Shown here piece after piece: positions 34,652 through 43,356 of a stretch of DNA of 48,332 nucleotides. Positions within the stretch are counted from its first letter, which is position 1; the number at the start of each line of letters is the position of its first letter. The position numbers and the translations under genes were made by a program. The stretch covers positions 1 through 48,332 of the forward strand of contig CAYQCH010000003.1 of the NCBI GenBank assembly GCA_964415935.1, written 5' to 3'. This stretch comes from an uncultured Gammaproteobacteria bacterium. GTDB taxonomy: Bacteria > Patescibacteriota > Patescibacteriia > VMEV01 > CAYQCH01. The notes under the pieces are model-generated. The model saw only the letters and a list, made by a program, of their open reading frames with translations. It had not been told where the DNA came from and made no database searches.

Positions 34652-37558
34652 TCAACGCGGTTGATGCGCGATGACTTGCTGGAGGAAGACGCGGTCTTCC
34701 TCGGTCAGAAGCTGCGGATTGTCTCTGACGGCTGGCTGGTTCAGGAGATCCTGCGCCAGCCTGCGCGCTTCCGAAAAGGCTTCGTTGGCGCGCGCGTCCC
34801 GCAGGCGGACAAAGGCCTTGTTGCGGACGATGTAGGCCTTGACCAGCAGCACCGAGCAGCGAACGGAAACGAACGCGCTGGTGCGCTCGTCATTGACGAT
34901 GCCGTTGTACAGCGGCACCGCCCCGTCCGTTACCCGCACCATCAGCTGCGGGTCCCAGATCTCCTGGTCGCGGTCGTCGCCGATCGCAAAGATCTGGGCC
35001 TGGAAGAGCTCGACCGTTTCATCCGGGAGGATGTCCCGGTCTGCCATGAGCTCTTCGATGAGACGCAAGACCCTTGTGCGGGACTCGCGCAGGGACGCCC
35101 ACTCCCTTCGCTGGCGGTACACGCCGCTCCGGTCGATTTCGGCCTTGAGCAGCGTCATCCGCGCAAAAAACGGCTGCCGCCCCCGCAGCTTGCCGCCAGC
35201 CAGCATCTCGCCGCAGACCCGGGTGGCTTCGTCCGCAAGCGTCAGCACGCGGTCGAAGTCCCGTTCCAGCGTGGCAAGTTCCAGCTGGCAGCTCAGCTTC
35301 TGATAGCGAGCCACCGGCCCCGGCATGAGGCATTCATACCGCAGGAAAGCCGCGGCAGCCCCACGCAAATCGCGCAAAGACAGCAACGTGTCGCCCAGCC
35401 ACTGATGCGTCATGGGGAAGTCGGGGTTTTGGGCCGCCGACCGCTCCAGATACGCATAGGCCTCGCGCAGCCTGGCCGTGCGCTCCGCGGGAGCCAGATC
35501 CGACGTATACCGCCAGATGAGGAACCCGCGCAAGGCGTCGGCCAGCCAGGCCAGCTCATGGCCTGACGGCAAAGACGGAATCTCGCCCTCCGCTTCCTTC
35601 AGCAGGTTGCGGCAGCGCTGCCAGTTGCCGCGGCGATCCGCCAGCTGGCCTTCAATCAGCTTGAGATACACCCTGCCGAGGGCAAGGTACTGCTCGTCGC
35701 TGATCAGGCCCAGCAGGCGCTCGTGCCGGCCCGGCTCGTCGCTGGGATCCAGCTGCTCGGCATGGAAGATGGCGTAGAAACAGTACTCGGGCCTGCGCTC
35801 GGCCGACCCGTGCTGCACCAGCCACTGCCACTGCTCGACGCAAGCGGGCTTCATGAGGTTGAACTGCACCTGGGCCAGGGCGTACCGCGCCGGCTCATAC
35901 GAACCGTCGCGTTCCACAATGGCTTGCAGGCGCTGCTCCGCCTCTTCCCACTTGCTGGCCTTCATCAGCGACTGGCAGACCAGGAACTGCGCCGAGGTTT
36001 CGTTACGCACCCTCTGCGCGGTTTCCGCCTGCCTGGCCGTTTCCGCGGCCTGAGCTTCCAGCTGCGCTCGGGCTTCGGCCTCGTCCGCCGCCTTTGCCTC
36101 GGCTTCGGCGCGAGCTTGCGCTTCGCGCCTGGCCTTGGCAAAGAAGATGGCCACCACGGCAAAGCCGATGGCGGCTGCGGCAAAGACAGCCAGCCCGCCC
36201 ATGAGCAGCTTGCGCTGCCGCTCGGCCGCGGCTTCGCGCATCCTGGCCTGCTCCTCTTCATGCGTGGACAGCCAGTGGCTGTACGATCGGAGTTCCTTGG
36301 CCAGCGCTGCCGCGTCAGGGTACCGGTCACCCGGCTCCTGGGCCATGCACTTCTTGATGATGGCCAGCAGGCGGTCCGGATCGTACTTGGCCCGGACCTT
36401 CTGGCGGAAAACCTTCTCCGCCTCGTCCGGGAACGGGTTGAGGAGCGCATCCATGAGGGCCGCGAACGAGGCCTTCACATGGACATGCGTGCCGGTCAGA
36501 ACCAGAAATAGGATCTTTCCCAGCGAATACACGTCCGAGGCCGTGCCGATCTTCTCCAGCTCGGCGAAGGCCTGCTCCGGCGGCATGAACATGGGCGTTC
36601 CGGCTACCGTCCCCGTCTGGGTCAGGCCGACGTCGGCCTGGTTGCCCGGCCTGGGAGAGGCGCCTTGCGGCTCCGGGTCATCCGCCTTGAGCGGCTTGAC
36701 CAGGCCCAGGTCGAGCACCACCGGCCGGCCGGTCTGGTCGACCATGATGTTGCCCGGCTTGAGGTCGCGATGGACGACTCCATGCTGGTGCATGACTGCC
36801 ACGCCGTCGCAGATCCTGGCCATGGTCTCGATGCGCCACAGCATATCGCCGGACGGCCGCTTCTTCCCCATGGCCCTGTCCAGAGGCTCGCCCTGAATGC
36901 ATTCCATGGCGATGTACGGCGGCTTGTACTTGAAGTCGGCCGTATAGATGCGCACCAGATGCGGCGATGCCAGCGCGGCGGTAACTTGCGCCTCGCGCTT
37001 GAATCGCTCCGCCTCTTCCGGGCTGACGAGTTCGGGCTTGATGATCTTGATGGCGACATCAATGCCCAGGTTGTCGTCGCGGCCGCGAAAGACGGCGCCC
37101 ATGCCGCCCTCGCCGATCTTGCCCACGATGCGGTACCGGTCGATCCTGTCGGCCGGCGCGCCGGTAGGCGCTGCAGGCTGGGCCTGCTTGCCCCGGCCGG
37201 GAAGAGCCTGCGTGGACTCGTAGCCGTCGTCGTCGACGGCGGGCCTGGGCGGAGCCGCGGGCGGCTGCGGTTGGACCGCGGACGGAACAGGCTGAGGCGC
37301 CTGCCGCCCGCTGGGACTGCGCGATGGAGCCTGCGCAGCCATCCAGGCATCGACCACCTTCTCCGGCATCGTGTTGGGAACGAGCCACAGATTGCAGAAC
37401 ATGATGTGCTGCACGAGGCTGATGGCAGCCTGCCGCGCCGGCTGCTCAGCCAGGCGCTGCAGGGCCGAATCGGACAGCAGCCCATGGATGGTTTCCGGCC
37501 GGACGGCCTTCTTCTGTACCAGGAACTGGCAGAACGAGAGGACCTCGTCTCGCGTCAT
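34652..37558 (-). CDS. Hanks-type Ser/Thr protein kinase with an N-terminal extension, one TM and a ~480-aa TPR-like C-terminal domain
   Basis: GEGGMGAVF, VAIK, HRDLKPGNIM and DLG motifs. TM LLMGGLAVFAAAAIGFAVVAIFFA. AGGAG SD 7 nt before the ATG. GC3 is clearly higher than in backbone genes. Confidence 0.85.
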   Translation of the reverse strand: MTRDEVLSFCQFLVQKKAVRPETIHGLLSDSALQRLAEQPARQAAISLVQHIMFCNLWLVPNTMPEKVVDAWMAAQAPSRSPSGRQAPQPVPSAVQPQPPAAPPRPAVDDDGYESTQALPGRGKQAQPAAPTGAPADRIDRYRIVGKIGEGGMGAVFRGRDDNLGIDVAIKIIKPELVSPEEAERFKREAQVTAALASPHLVRIYTADFKYKPPYIAMECIQGEPLDRAMGKKRPSGDMLWRIETMARICDGVAVMHQHGVVHRDLKPGNIMVDQTGRPVVLDLGLVKPLKADDPEPQGASPRPGNQADVGLTQTGTVAGTPMFMPPEQAFAELEKIGTASDVYSLGKILFLVLTGTHVHVKASFAALMDALLNPFPDEAEKVFRQKVRAKYDPDRLLAIIKKCMAQEPGDRYPDAAALAKELRSYSHWLSTHEEEQARMREAAAERQRKLLMGGLAVFAAAAIGFAVVAIFFAKARREAQARAEAEAKAADEAEARAQLEAQAAETARQAETAQRVRNETSAQFLVCQSLMKASKWEEAEQRLQAIVERDGSYEPARYALAQVQFNLMKPACVEQWQWLVQHGSAERRPEYCFYAIFHAEQLDPSDEPGRHERLLGLISDEQYLALGRVYLKLIEGQLADRRGNWQRCRNLLKEAEGEIPSLPSGHELAWLADALRGFLIWRYTSDLAPAERTARLREAYAYLERSAAQNPDFPMTHQWLGDTLLSLRDLRGAAAAFLRYECLMPGPVARYQKLSCQLELATLERDFDRVLTLADEATRVCGEMLAGGKLRGRQPFFARMTLLKAEIDRSGVYRQRREWASLRESRTRVLRLIEELMADRDILPDETVELFQAQIFAIGDDRDQEIWDPQLMVRVTDGAVPLYNGIVNDERTSAFVSVRCSVLLVKAYIVRNKAFVRLRDARANEAFSEARRLAQDLLNQPAVRDNPQLLTEEDRVFLQQVIAHQPR

Positions 37559-37570
37559 CGGTATACTCCT

Positions 37571-37652
37571 CCCCCGCGCGGGGGCATGAACGTCGTCATG
37601 ACACCCTCGCTTGGTTGAGGGATCCGGATACGCCCATCACCGCGCGGTGATG
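37571..37652. promoter_or_regulatory. two GC-rich perfect palindromes in the kinase/cca divergent region
   Basis: CCCCCGCGCGGGGG (37571..37584), abutting the kinase SD, and CATCACCGCGCGGTGATG (37635..37652). Both share a CCGCGCGG core. Confidence 0.4.
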
Positions 37653-37770
37653 AAGGCTTTGGTTTTCAAAGGACACCTTATATTTGCCCGCTTTTGACAA
37701 GCAAAACAAGGTTCCGCACACTATGTCATAAAATCGCTGAAAAATCAAGGGGGAAATCAATGGTACAATC

Positions 37771-39210
37771 ATGATATCTATGGAAACGTGGCCTTTCACA
37801 AAAACCATACAATCCGCCCATCCAGACGCGGAAATCTTTGTCGTGGGCGGGGCCGTGCGCGACTGGCTTTTAGGCAAGCCCGTCAAAGACTACGACCTGG
37901 TGGTGCGCGGCGTTCCGATTGATGATTTGATCGCGACGTTGCGAGAAGCCGGCGAAATCGATGTCGTGGGCAAGCGCTTTGGCGTGCTGAAGTTCCGCCC
38001 ATCCGACGACAGTCGTACGTTTGACATTGCGCTGCCCCGCAAAGAATACTCCTGGGCATTTAGCGGCGGGTATCGCGATTTTGACATCCAAAGCGACCAT
38101 GCGCTGCCCATAGACGTGGACTTGTCCCGCCGCGACTTCACGGTCAACGCCATGGCCTACAATGTCGTTACGCAAGAAATCATCGACCCGTTTTTCGGAC
38201 AAAAGGATTTGAAGGCAAAAATCATCCGCACGGTAGGTTCGGCGGCCACGCGTTTTCAGGAAGATTATTCGCGCATGCTGCGCGCCGTGCGTTTTGCCTG
38301 CCGCCTGGACTTCACCCTCAGCGAACAAACCGCCAAGGCGATCCGCGCGCTGGGCCATCACCTGAATGACCGCATGCATGACAACTGGGTTGTGGCGCGA
38401 GAGGTGTTAAGCCAGGAATTCCTCAAAGCCTTTGACGCCAATTCCGTGCGCTGCTTGTCGCTGCTGGATGAGCTTGGACTGCTTGACGTGATCCTGCCGG
38501 AGGTAAAGCTGCTGCAACAATGCCCGCAAACCCCGCCCTACCACACCGAAGGCAATGCCTATGACCACGTGGTGCTGGCGTTGCGCGCCACGGAGACGGA
38601 AGCGTTTCGCCAGCACTTCCCAGAACCGATTCCCCTGCTCAGCAAACTGGCCATTCTTTTCCACGATCTGGGCAAACCCGCCGCGGCGAAAAAAGACGGC
38701 GAGCGCATCCGTTTCATTGGCCATGAATCCATCGGAGCAAAGATCACGTCCGAGATTTGCAACCGTCTCAAGCTGGGCAGCACGCCGTTTTACCCCTTCC
38801 ATCATGACGACCTGGTCTGGCTGGTGCGCGAGCATTTATTCGCCATCAAGCGCAAAGGACAATCCATCAAGGCGACCGCCATTGAACAGGCATTTTTTTC
38901 GCCGCGGCGGCCAGGAAGGTCCTTGCTGCATTGCATGCTGGCCGACCAGCTGGCTTCCGTGCGCGCAACGCCGGCCGCCGAACCTGAGCCCATTGAAACG
39001 TTATTGGAACACATCCGCGCGCTGGCCCCGGACGGTACGCTGCCGCCGCCATTGATTTCCGGCCATGATGTGATAGAGTGGCTGGACATCAAAGAAGGCC
39101 CGCGCGTCGCGGAACTACGCGACGCCGTGCGCGAAGAACAGCTGCGTGGCCGCCTGAAGTCGAAAACCGACGCCAAGACATTCCTGGTATCGAAGTATGG
39201 AAAACGCTAA
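37771..39210 (+). CDS. cca: CCA-adding tRNA nucleotidyltransferase with HD domain
   Basis: FVVGGAVRDWLLGKPVKDYDLVV (polymerase head), RDFTVNAM, and the HD motif FHDLGKP. Confidence 0.85.
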   Translation: MISMETWPFTKTIQSAHPDAEIFVVGGAVRDWLLGKPVKDYDLVVRGVPIDDLIATLREAGEIDVVGKRFGVLKFRPSDDSRTFDIALPRKEYSWAFSGGYRDFDIQSDHALPIDVDLSRRDFTVNAMAYNVVTQEIIDPFFGQKDLKAKIIRTVGSAATRFQEDYSRMLRAVRFACRLDFTLSEQTAKAIRALGHHLNDRMHDNWVVAREVLSQEFLKAFDANSVRCLSLLDELGLLDVILPEVKLLQQCPQTPPYHTEGNAYDHVVLALRATETEAFRQHFPEPIPLLSKLAILFHDLGKPAAAKKDGERIRFIGHESIGAKITSEICNRLKLGSTPFYPFHHDDLVWLVREHLFAIKRKGQSIKATAIEQAFFSPRRPGRSLLHCMLADQLASVRATPAAEPEPIETLLEHIRALAPDGTLPPPLISGHDVIEWLDIKEGPRVAELRDAVREEQLRGRLKSKTDAKTFLVSKYGKR

Positions 39211-40114
39211 AACCATTGCCATTTTGCCGGACGAACAAGGTGAGCGCCTGGATAAGGTGCTGGCCAGGCGTTTGGCTCCCCTTACCCGCAGCCAGGTTAA
39301 AAAACTGATTGAAAGCGGCCGCGTCAGCCGCAACGGCAAACTTGCCGCCGTGCATACGTTTGTCTCCGAAGGCGACACCATCCACATTGTCTCCGACGAA
39401 GAAGTTGCGGCCGCGCTGCCGGAAATACCCGTGGTCGCGGAAACGGAAGATTACGTTCTCATAAACAAACCGGCCGGACTGCTGGTGCACCAGGCGTCCA
39501 AAACCAAGCAGGAACCGACGCTGGTGGACTGGCTGGTAAAGCGCTATCCCGACATCAAGAGCGTCGGCGTTTCCCTGCGCCCCGGGATCGTGCACCGGCT
39601 GGACCGCGACACCTCCGGCCTGATGGTTGTTGCCAAAACACCGACCATGTTCGAACACCTCAAGAAGCAATTCCAGGACCGGCTGGTCAAAAAAACCTAT
39701 GTGGCCCTGGTCCACGGCCGTCTGCGGCAGGATGAAGGTGAAATCAACCAGCCTATTGGCCGATCGCGCCAGAGCGGACGGATGGCTGTGCGCCCGCAAG
39801 ACACCTTTGAACAGGACCGCCCGGCCATTACGCGCTTTAACGTGGTAAAGCGTTTCCGCAAACCCTATACGCTGGTGCATGCCTACCCGCTTACCGGACG
39901 GACGCATCAAATTCGCGCGCACTTTATGGCCTTTGGCCACCCAGTCGTCGGCGACTTGCTGTACACCGTCAAAAAACAGCCGTCCAAGATCCATATGGGG
40001 CGGCATTTCCTCCATGCCGAGTCGCTGGAATTCACAGACTCGGCTGGCAACGCGGTGTCGCATACCGTTCCCCTGCCGCCGGAACTTCAAACCTTCCTGG
40101 ATGAACTGGTATAA
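39197..40114 (+). CDS. RluA-family 23S rRNA pseudouridine synthase (RluD-like, with S4 domain)
   Basis: N-terminal S4-like RLDKVLA...SRSQVKKLI and the catalytic motif VHRLDRDTSGLMVVAKT. It overlaps the cca end by 14 nt. Confidence 0.85.
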   Translation: MENAKTIAILPDEQGERLDKVLARRLAPLTRSQVKKLIESGRVSRNGKLAAVHTFVSEGDTIHIVSDEEVAAALPEIPVVAETEDYVLINKPAGLLVHQASKTKQEPTLVDWLVKRYPDIKSVGVSLRPGIVHRLDRDTSGLMVVAKTPTMFEHLKKQFQDRLVKKTYVALVHGRLRQDEGEINQPIGRSRQSGRMAVRPQDTFEQDRPAITRFNVVKRFRKPYTLVHAYPLTGRTHQIRAHFMAFGHPVVGDLLYTVKKQPSKIHMGRHFLHAESLEFTDSAGNAVSHTVPLPPELQTFLDELV

Positions 40115-40127
40115 TGACGGGCCTCAT

Positions 40128-40715
40128 ATGACGCAATCGCAGCCAGGGCAACTCTTCATCCTTACCGGGCCATCCGGAGTCGGAAAATCCACCATCGGCG
40201 CGCGCCTGCGCGAGCGCATCCCCGCCCTGGAGTCCATTGTCACTTACACCACGCGCGACCCGCGCCCGAATGAAAAAAACGGCGTGCATTACCACTTCAT
40301 CGATGCACAGACGTTCATGGCCATGGCGCATCACGGCGAATTTCTGGAATGGGCGCAAGTCTACAACCACTACTACGGCAACAGCCGCCAGTCCGTTCTG
40401 GATAAAACCAACGGCGGAAAATCCGTTTTACTGGTCATTGATGTGCAAGGCGCTTCCACCATCAAAAAGCAGCTTCCCGGCCAGGCCCATGTCATTTTCA
40501 TCCAGCCGGACAAGATGACAAACCTCAAGAAACACCTGCAGAACCGCAAGGCCGCCGATCCGAGAGACCTTTCCGTCCGGCTGAAAAAGGCCGAAGAGGA
40601 AATCAACCAGGCTCGCCAATTTGACTTCGTGGTGGTCAACCGCGAAGGCCATATTGACGAGACCGTGCAGGCCGTGGCAAAGATTATCCAGAACGTGCTT
40701 AAAGCCAAGGCTTGA
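40128..40715 (+). CDS. gmk: guanylate kinase
   Basis: Trimmed to ATG 40128. Contains GPSGVGKST and TTRDPRPNEKNGVHYHF. Confidence 0.9.
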   Translation: MTQSQPGQLFILTGPSGVGKSTIGARLRERIPALESIVTYTTRDPRPNEKNGVHYHFIDAQTFMAMAHHGEFLEWAQVYNHYYGNSRQSVLDKTNGGKSVLLVIDVQGASTIKKQLPGQAHVIFIQPDKMTNLKKHLQNRKAADPRDLSVRLKKAEEEINQARQFDFVVVNREGHIDETVQAVAKIIQNVLKAKA

Positions 40716-40757
40716 CATATTCAGGCGAACGGGTTACCCTAGGCATACGAATTTTAG

Positions 40758-40781
40758 AGAAGACCTCGCGTCTTCTTTTTA
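40758..40781 (+). terminator. hairpin plus T-run between gmk and rplS
   Basis: AGAAGAC-CTCGC-GTCTTCT followed by TTTTTATT. Confidence 0.5.
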
Positions 40782-40789
40782 TTGATTTT

Positions 40790-41140
40790 ATGGCTCGCAA
40801 AAAATCCGACAGCTACAAGGAAATCACCCTGGCGCAGGCCGAAGCCGGCATGGTCGTCCGCGTGCACCAGACCATTAAGGATGTCAACGCCAAGGGCGAA
40901 GAAAAGGAACGCGTCCAGGTGTACGAAGGCCTGGTCACCCGCCGCCGCGGCGGAAACCAGAACGGCGCCACGGTCACGGTCCGCAAAGTGGCTGAAGGCA
41001 TCGGCGTGGAAAAGATCTACCCGGTCAACGTGCCTTCCGTAAAAAAGGTGGAGCTGGTCAAGCAGTACAAGGTCCGCCGCGCCAACTTACAGCATGTGCG
41101 CACCTCCAACAAACGCATGAAGGAAATCAGCATCGCATAA
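40790..41140 (+). CDS. rplS: 50S ribosomal protein L19
   Basis: Trimmed to ATG 40790. GMVVRVHQTIKD...ERVQVYEGLVTRRRGG...TVRKVAEGIGVEKIYPVNVPSV...RRANLQHVR matches the L19 pattern. Confidence 0.9.
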   Translation: MARKKSDSYKEITLAQAEAGMVVRVHQTIKDVNAKGEEKERVQVYEGLVTRRRGGNQNGATVTVRKVAEGIGVEKIYPVNVPSVKKVELVKQYKVRRANLQHVRTSNKRMKEISIA

Positions 41141-41141
41141 G

Positions 41142-41163
41142 GCCTGCCTGTCGGCAGACAGGT
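41142..41163. repeat. degenerate copy of the GCCTGCCTGCCGGCAGGCAGGC palindrome
   Basis: GCCTGCCTGTCGGCAGACAGGT has 3 substitutions relative to the 29154 copy. It lies 1 nt after the rplS stop and 60 nt before tRNA-Leu. Confidence 0.6.
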
Positions 41164-41194
41164 TGAAATTTCCACGGTTTTACAGTACTATCGA

Positions 41195-41222
41195 AGGGGC
41201 GAATCATCGCCCCTTTTGTTTT
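41195..41222 (+). terminator. intrinsic terminator abutting tRNA-Leu
   Basis: AGGGGCG-AATCAT-CGCCCCT followed by TTTGTTTT. It ends at the first nt of the tRNA. Confidence 0.55.
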
Positions 41223-41307
41223 GCGGACGTGGCGGAATTGGTATACGCACATGCTTGAGGTGCATGCGCCGAAAGGCTTGGAGGTTCGAGTCCTCTCGTC
41301 CGCACCA
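41223..41307 (+). tRNA. tRNA-Leu (anticodon GAG), long variable arm, CCA encoded
   Basis: Acceptor GCGGACG/CGTCCGC, anticodon stem CATGC/GCATG, loop TTGAGGT, a class II variable arm, and T-arm GAGGTTCGAGTCCTC. Confidence 0.9.
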
Positions 41308-41313
41308 TGTTAT

Positions 41314-41961
41314 ATGGATCCCCTGGTCGAACGCGTAGCTTCATATGTGAAGCAAAAATTTGACGGCGAAGGGTCCGGCCATGACTGGTGGCATATCCAC
41401 CGTGTCTGGCAGATGGCAAAGCATATCGGCGCCAAAGAAGGCACGGACATGCGCATCGTGGAACTGGGCGCATTGTTGCATGACATCGCCGACTGGAAAT
41501 TCCACAACGGCGACGATATGGCCGGCAGCCGCGAAGCGCGCCGGCTGCTGACGGAGTTTGAAGCCGACGCTGACTGTATCGACCGCGTGTGTGGCATCGT
41601 GGAAGCCGTGAGCTATAAAGGCGCAGGCGTAACCACGGACATGGCCACGCTGGAAGGAAAAGTCGTGCAGGACGCCGACCGTCTCGATGCCATAGGTGCT
41701 ATCGGCATTGCCCGTGCATTTGCTTACGGCGGGCATACGGGCAGGCTGCTTTACGATCCAGCGGTTTCACCCGTGCTGCACCAGACCAAGGAGGCCTACT
41801 TCAACGGCAAAAGCACGACGCTCAACCATTTTTACGAAAAACTCCTGCTGCTGAAAGACCGTTTGCAAACGGATACCGGAAAACAGATCGCCGAAGATCG
41901 GCACCGTTTCATGGAGGAATATGTCAACCGGTTCCTGCAGGAATGGGACGGGCAAATCTAA
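41314..41961 (+). CDS. HD-domain phosphohydrolase
   Basis: Trimmed to ATG 41314, since the track ORF starts just upstream of the tRNA and runs through it. Contains HDWWHIHRV, LLHDIADWKF and QDADRLDAIGAIGIARAF. Confidence 0.8.
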   Translation: MDPLVERVASYVKQKFDGEGSGHDWWHIHRVWQMAKHIGAKEGTDMRIVELGALLHDIADWKFHNGDDMAGSREARRLLTEFEADADCIDRVCGIVEAVSYKGAGVTTDMATLEGKVVQDADRLDAIGAIGIARAFAYGGHTGRLLYDPAVSPVLHQTKEAYFNGKSTTLNHFYEKLLLLKDRLQTDTGKQIAEDRHRFMEEYVNRFLQEWDGQI

Positions 41962-41964
41962 CAT

Positions 41965-42041
41965 GGATGCTTAGCTCAGTTGGTTAGAGCGTCTCGTTTA
42001 CACCGAGAAGGTCACAGGTTCGAGTCCTGTAGCATCCACCA
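41965..42041 (+). tRNA. tRNA-Val (anticodon UAC), CCA encoded
   Basis: Acceptor GGATGCT/AGCATCC, anticodon stem TCTCG/CGAGA, loop TTTACAC, T-arm CAGGTTCGAGTCCTG. Confidence 0.9.
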
Positions 42042-42064
42042 TAGTTTTCAGTAGTGATGATTTT

Positions 42065-42553
42065 ATGAGCAAAATATCACACGATAGCGAGACACCAGCT
42101 CATGGCAAACAAGTAATTACTGCTTGTGCCTTGATACATAAAAACTTTGATGGGGTGATGAAAGTTTTTTTGCCAAAACGAGCTCAGACGAAAAAATTCC
42201 TACCTGGCGATTTTGAATTGCCTGGGGGGCACATTGACTGGGGAGAAGATATTGTTGAAGGATTGAAGAGAGAGGTTATGGAGGAATTCGGTATGCGCAT
42301 AAAAGTCGGTGACCCATTCGCCGCTTTTACATACTCGAACGAAGTAAAAGGATCCCATTCGGTAGAGGTTGTCTACTTTGCAACTTTTGACGATCCGATT
42401 GCAAACATCAAACTGCACCCAGAAGATCATTCTGAATTCAAGTGGATATCGCAGGACGAAATAGACAGCATCGGACAAATCAGCGATATAGAATTAAAAA
42501 ATGTCCGAAAGGGTCTTGCTATTTTAAACGGAGCAAAGTCGTCGCTTTCATAA
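42065..42553 (+). CDS. NUDIX hydrolase
   Basis: Nudix box GGHIDWGEDIVEGLKREVMEEFG. The gene is visibly AT-rich relative to its neighbours. Confidence 0.85.
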   Translation: MSKISHDSETPAHGKQVITACALIHKNFDGVMKVFLPKRAQTKKFLPGDFELPGGHIDWGEDIVEGLKREVMEEFGMRIKVGDPFAAFTYSNEVKGSHSVEVVYFATFDDPIANIKLHPEDHSEFKWISQDEIDSIGQISDIELKNVRKGLAILNGAKSSLS

Positions 42554-42579
42554 CGTACATGTGAAATCATTCAAACAAA

Positions 42580-42607
42580 AAGCCGGCTGCCAGACGGCTT
42601 TTTTTTA
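42580..42607 (+). terminator. intrinsic terminator after the NUDIX gene
   Basis: AAGCCG-GCTGCCAGA-CGGCTT followed by TTTTTTTT. Confidence 0.65.
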
Positions 42608-42644
42608 CTACGTATATATACAGACGCAAAAAAAAACGATGATT

Positions 42645-42695
42645 AAATCCGTATGGCCTCTAGCTGTTGCCAACTGTCAACCATACGGATTTTTT
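42645..42695. terminator. second, long-loop hairpin with flanking A- and T-runs
   Basis: 12-nt perfect arms AAATCCGTATGG (42645..42656) / CCATACGGATTT (42681..42692), then TTT. An A9 run lies upstream. It could serve the convergent gene 42712..43278. Confidence 0.4.
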
Positions 42696-42711
42696 GCGCT
42701 CCGGGAGCGAG

Positions 42712-43278
42712 TTAAGGCACTCGCCAGTTCCGACCATGTATGTCGGGGATGAGGATGCTACGCCACGGACCAAGGATGAAATTGAACTGGGTAAATGTTG
42801 TCGCACTCGCGATGTTCACGCGCGGGGCGTCTGGAATCTCCGCAAAGAGATCGATCCTGGCCGACGAATGCGGCTCGATGGCGCAGAAGCCGGGCGACGG
42901 GAACATCATGGTTGTTCCCTGGCCGCGCGGAATGCGAAAGAGCATGCGGTACATCGGCTCAGATGAGCCGTCGGTTGAACAGGACCCGTCAAACGAAGGC
43001 CAGGCCGTGATCGTACCCGAGACGCGGAACGTAACCGAAAACGACTCGATGATCAGCTGGTGGTCGCTGTCGTTCCGGACGTTGATCGTCATGAGCGGCT
43101 GAGAGCTATCGATGGGACCGACGCCCGGGGTCAAGTCGGCGGCAAAGTGAATCTGCCGCATGGCCGCGTACATCCCGCTGTTCGCGGCCGCGACTGAATC
43201 CTGAGCCCACACAACTGCGGTCTCACCCGACATCATGATCAGAAAAAAGGACGTGATCAGCAGAACAAGCGTGCGCAC
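42712..43278 (-). CDS. hypothetical secreted protein
   Basis: 188-aa ORF with signal MRTLVLLITSFFLIMMSGETAVVWA. It lies downstream of the cupredoxin gene on the same strand. No family recognised. Confidence 0.5.
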   Translation of the reverse strand: MRTLVLLITSFFLIMMSGETAVVWAQDSVAAANSGMYAAMRQIHFAADLTPGVGPIDSSQPLMTINVRNDSDHQLIIESFSVTFRVSGTITAWPSFDGSCSTDGSSEPMYRMLFRIPRGQGTTMMFPSPGFCAIEPHSSARIDLFAEIPDAPRVNIASATTFTQFNFILGPWRSILIPDIHGRNWRVP

Positions 43279-43356
43279 GAAACCTCCTCCAGACTTTTGC
43301 CGCCCTTTATGAGCGGCAATCCAACAAAGTACTGAAACAAAGAAAATCTGTCAACC

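Noticed and set aside
37596-37886. 96-aa minus-strand ORF in the kinase/cca intergenic region.
   Set aside because: It overlaps the cca start and its promoter region, has no SD, and has implausible composition. It is most likely non-coding divergent promoter DNA.
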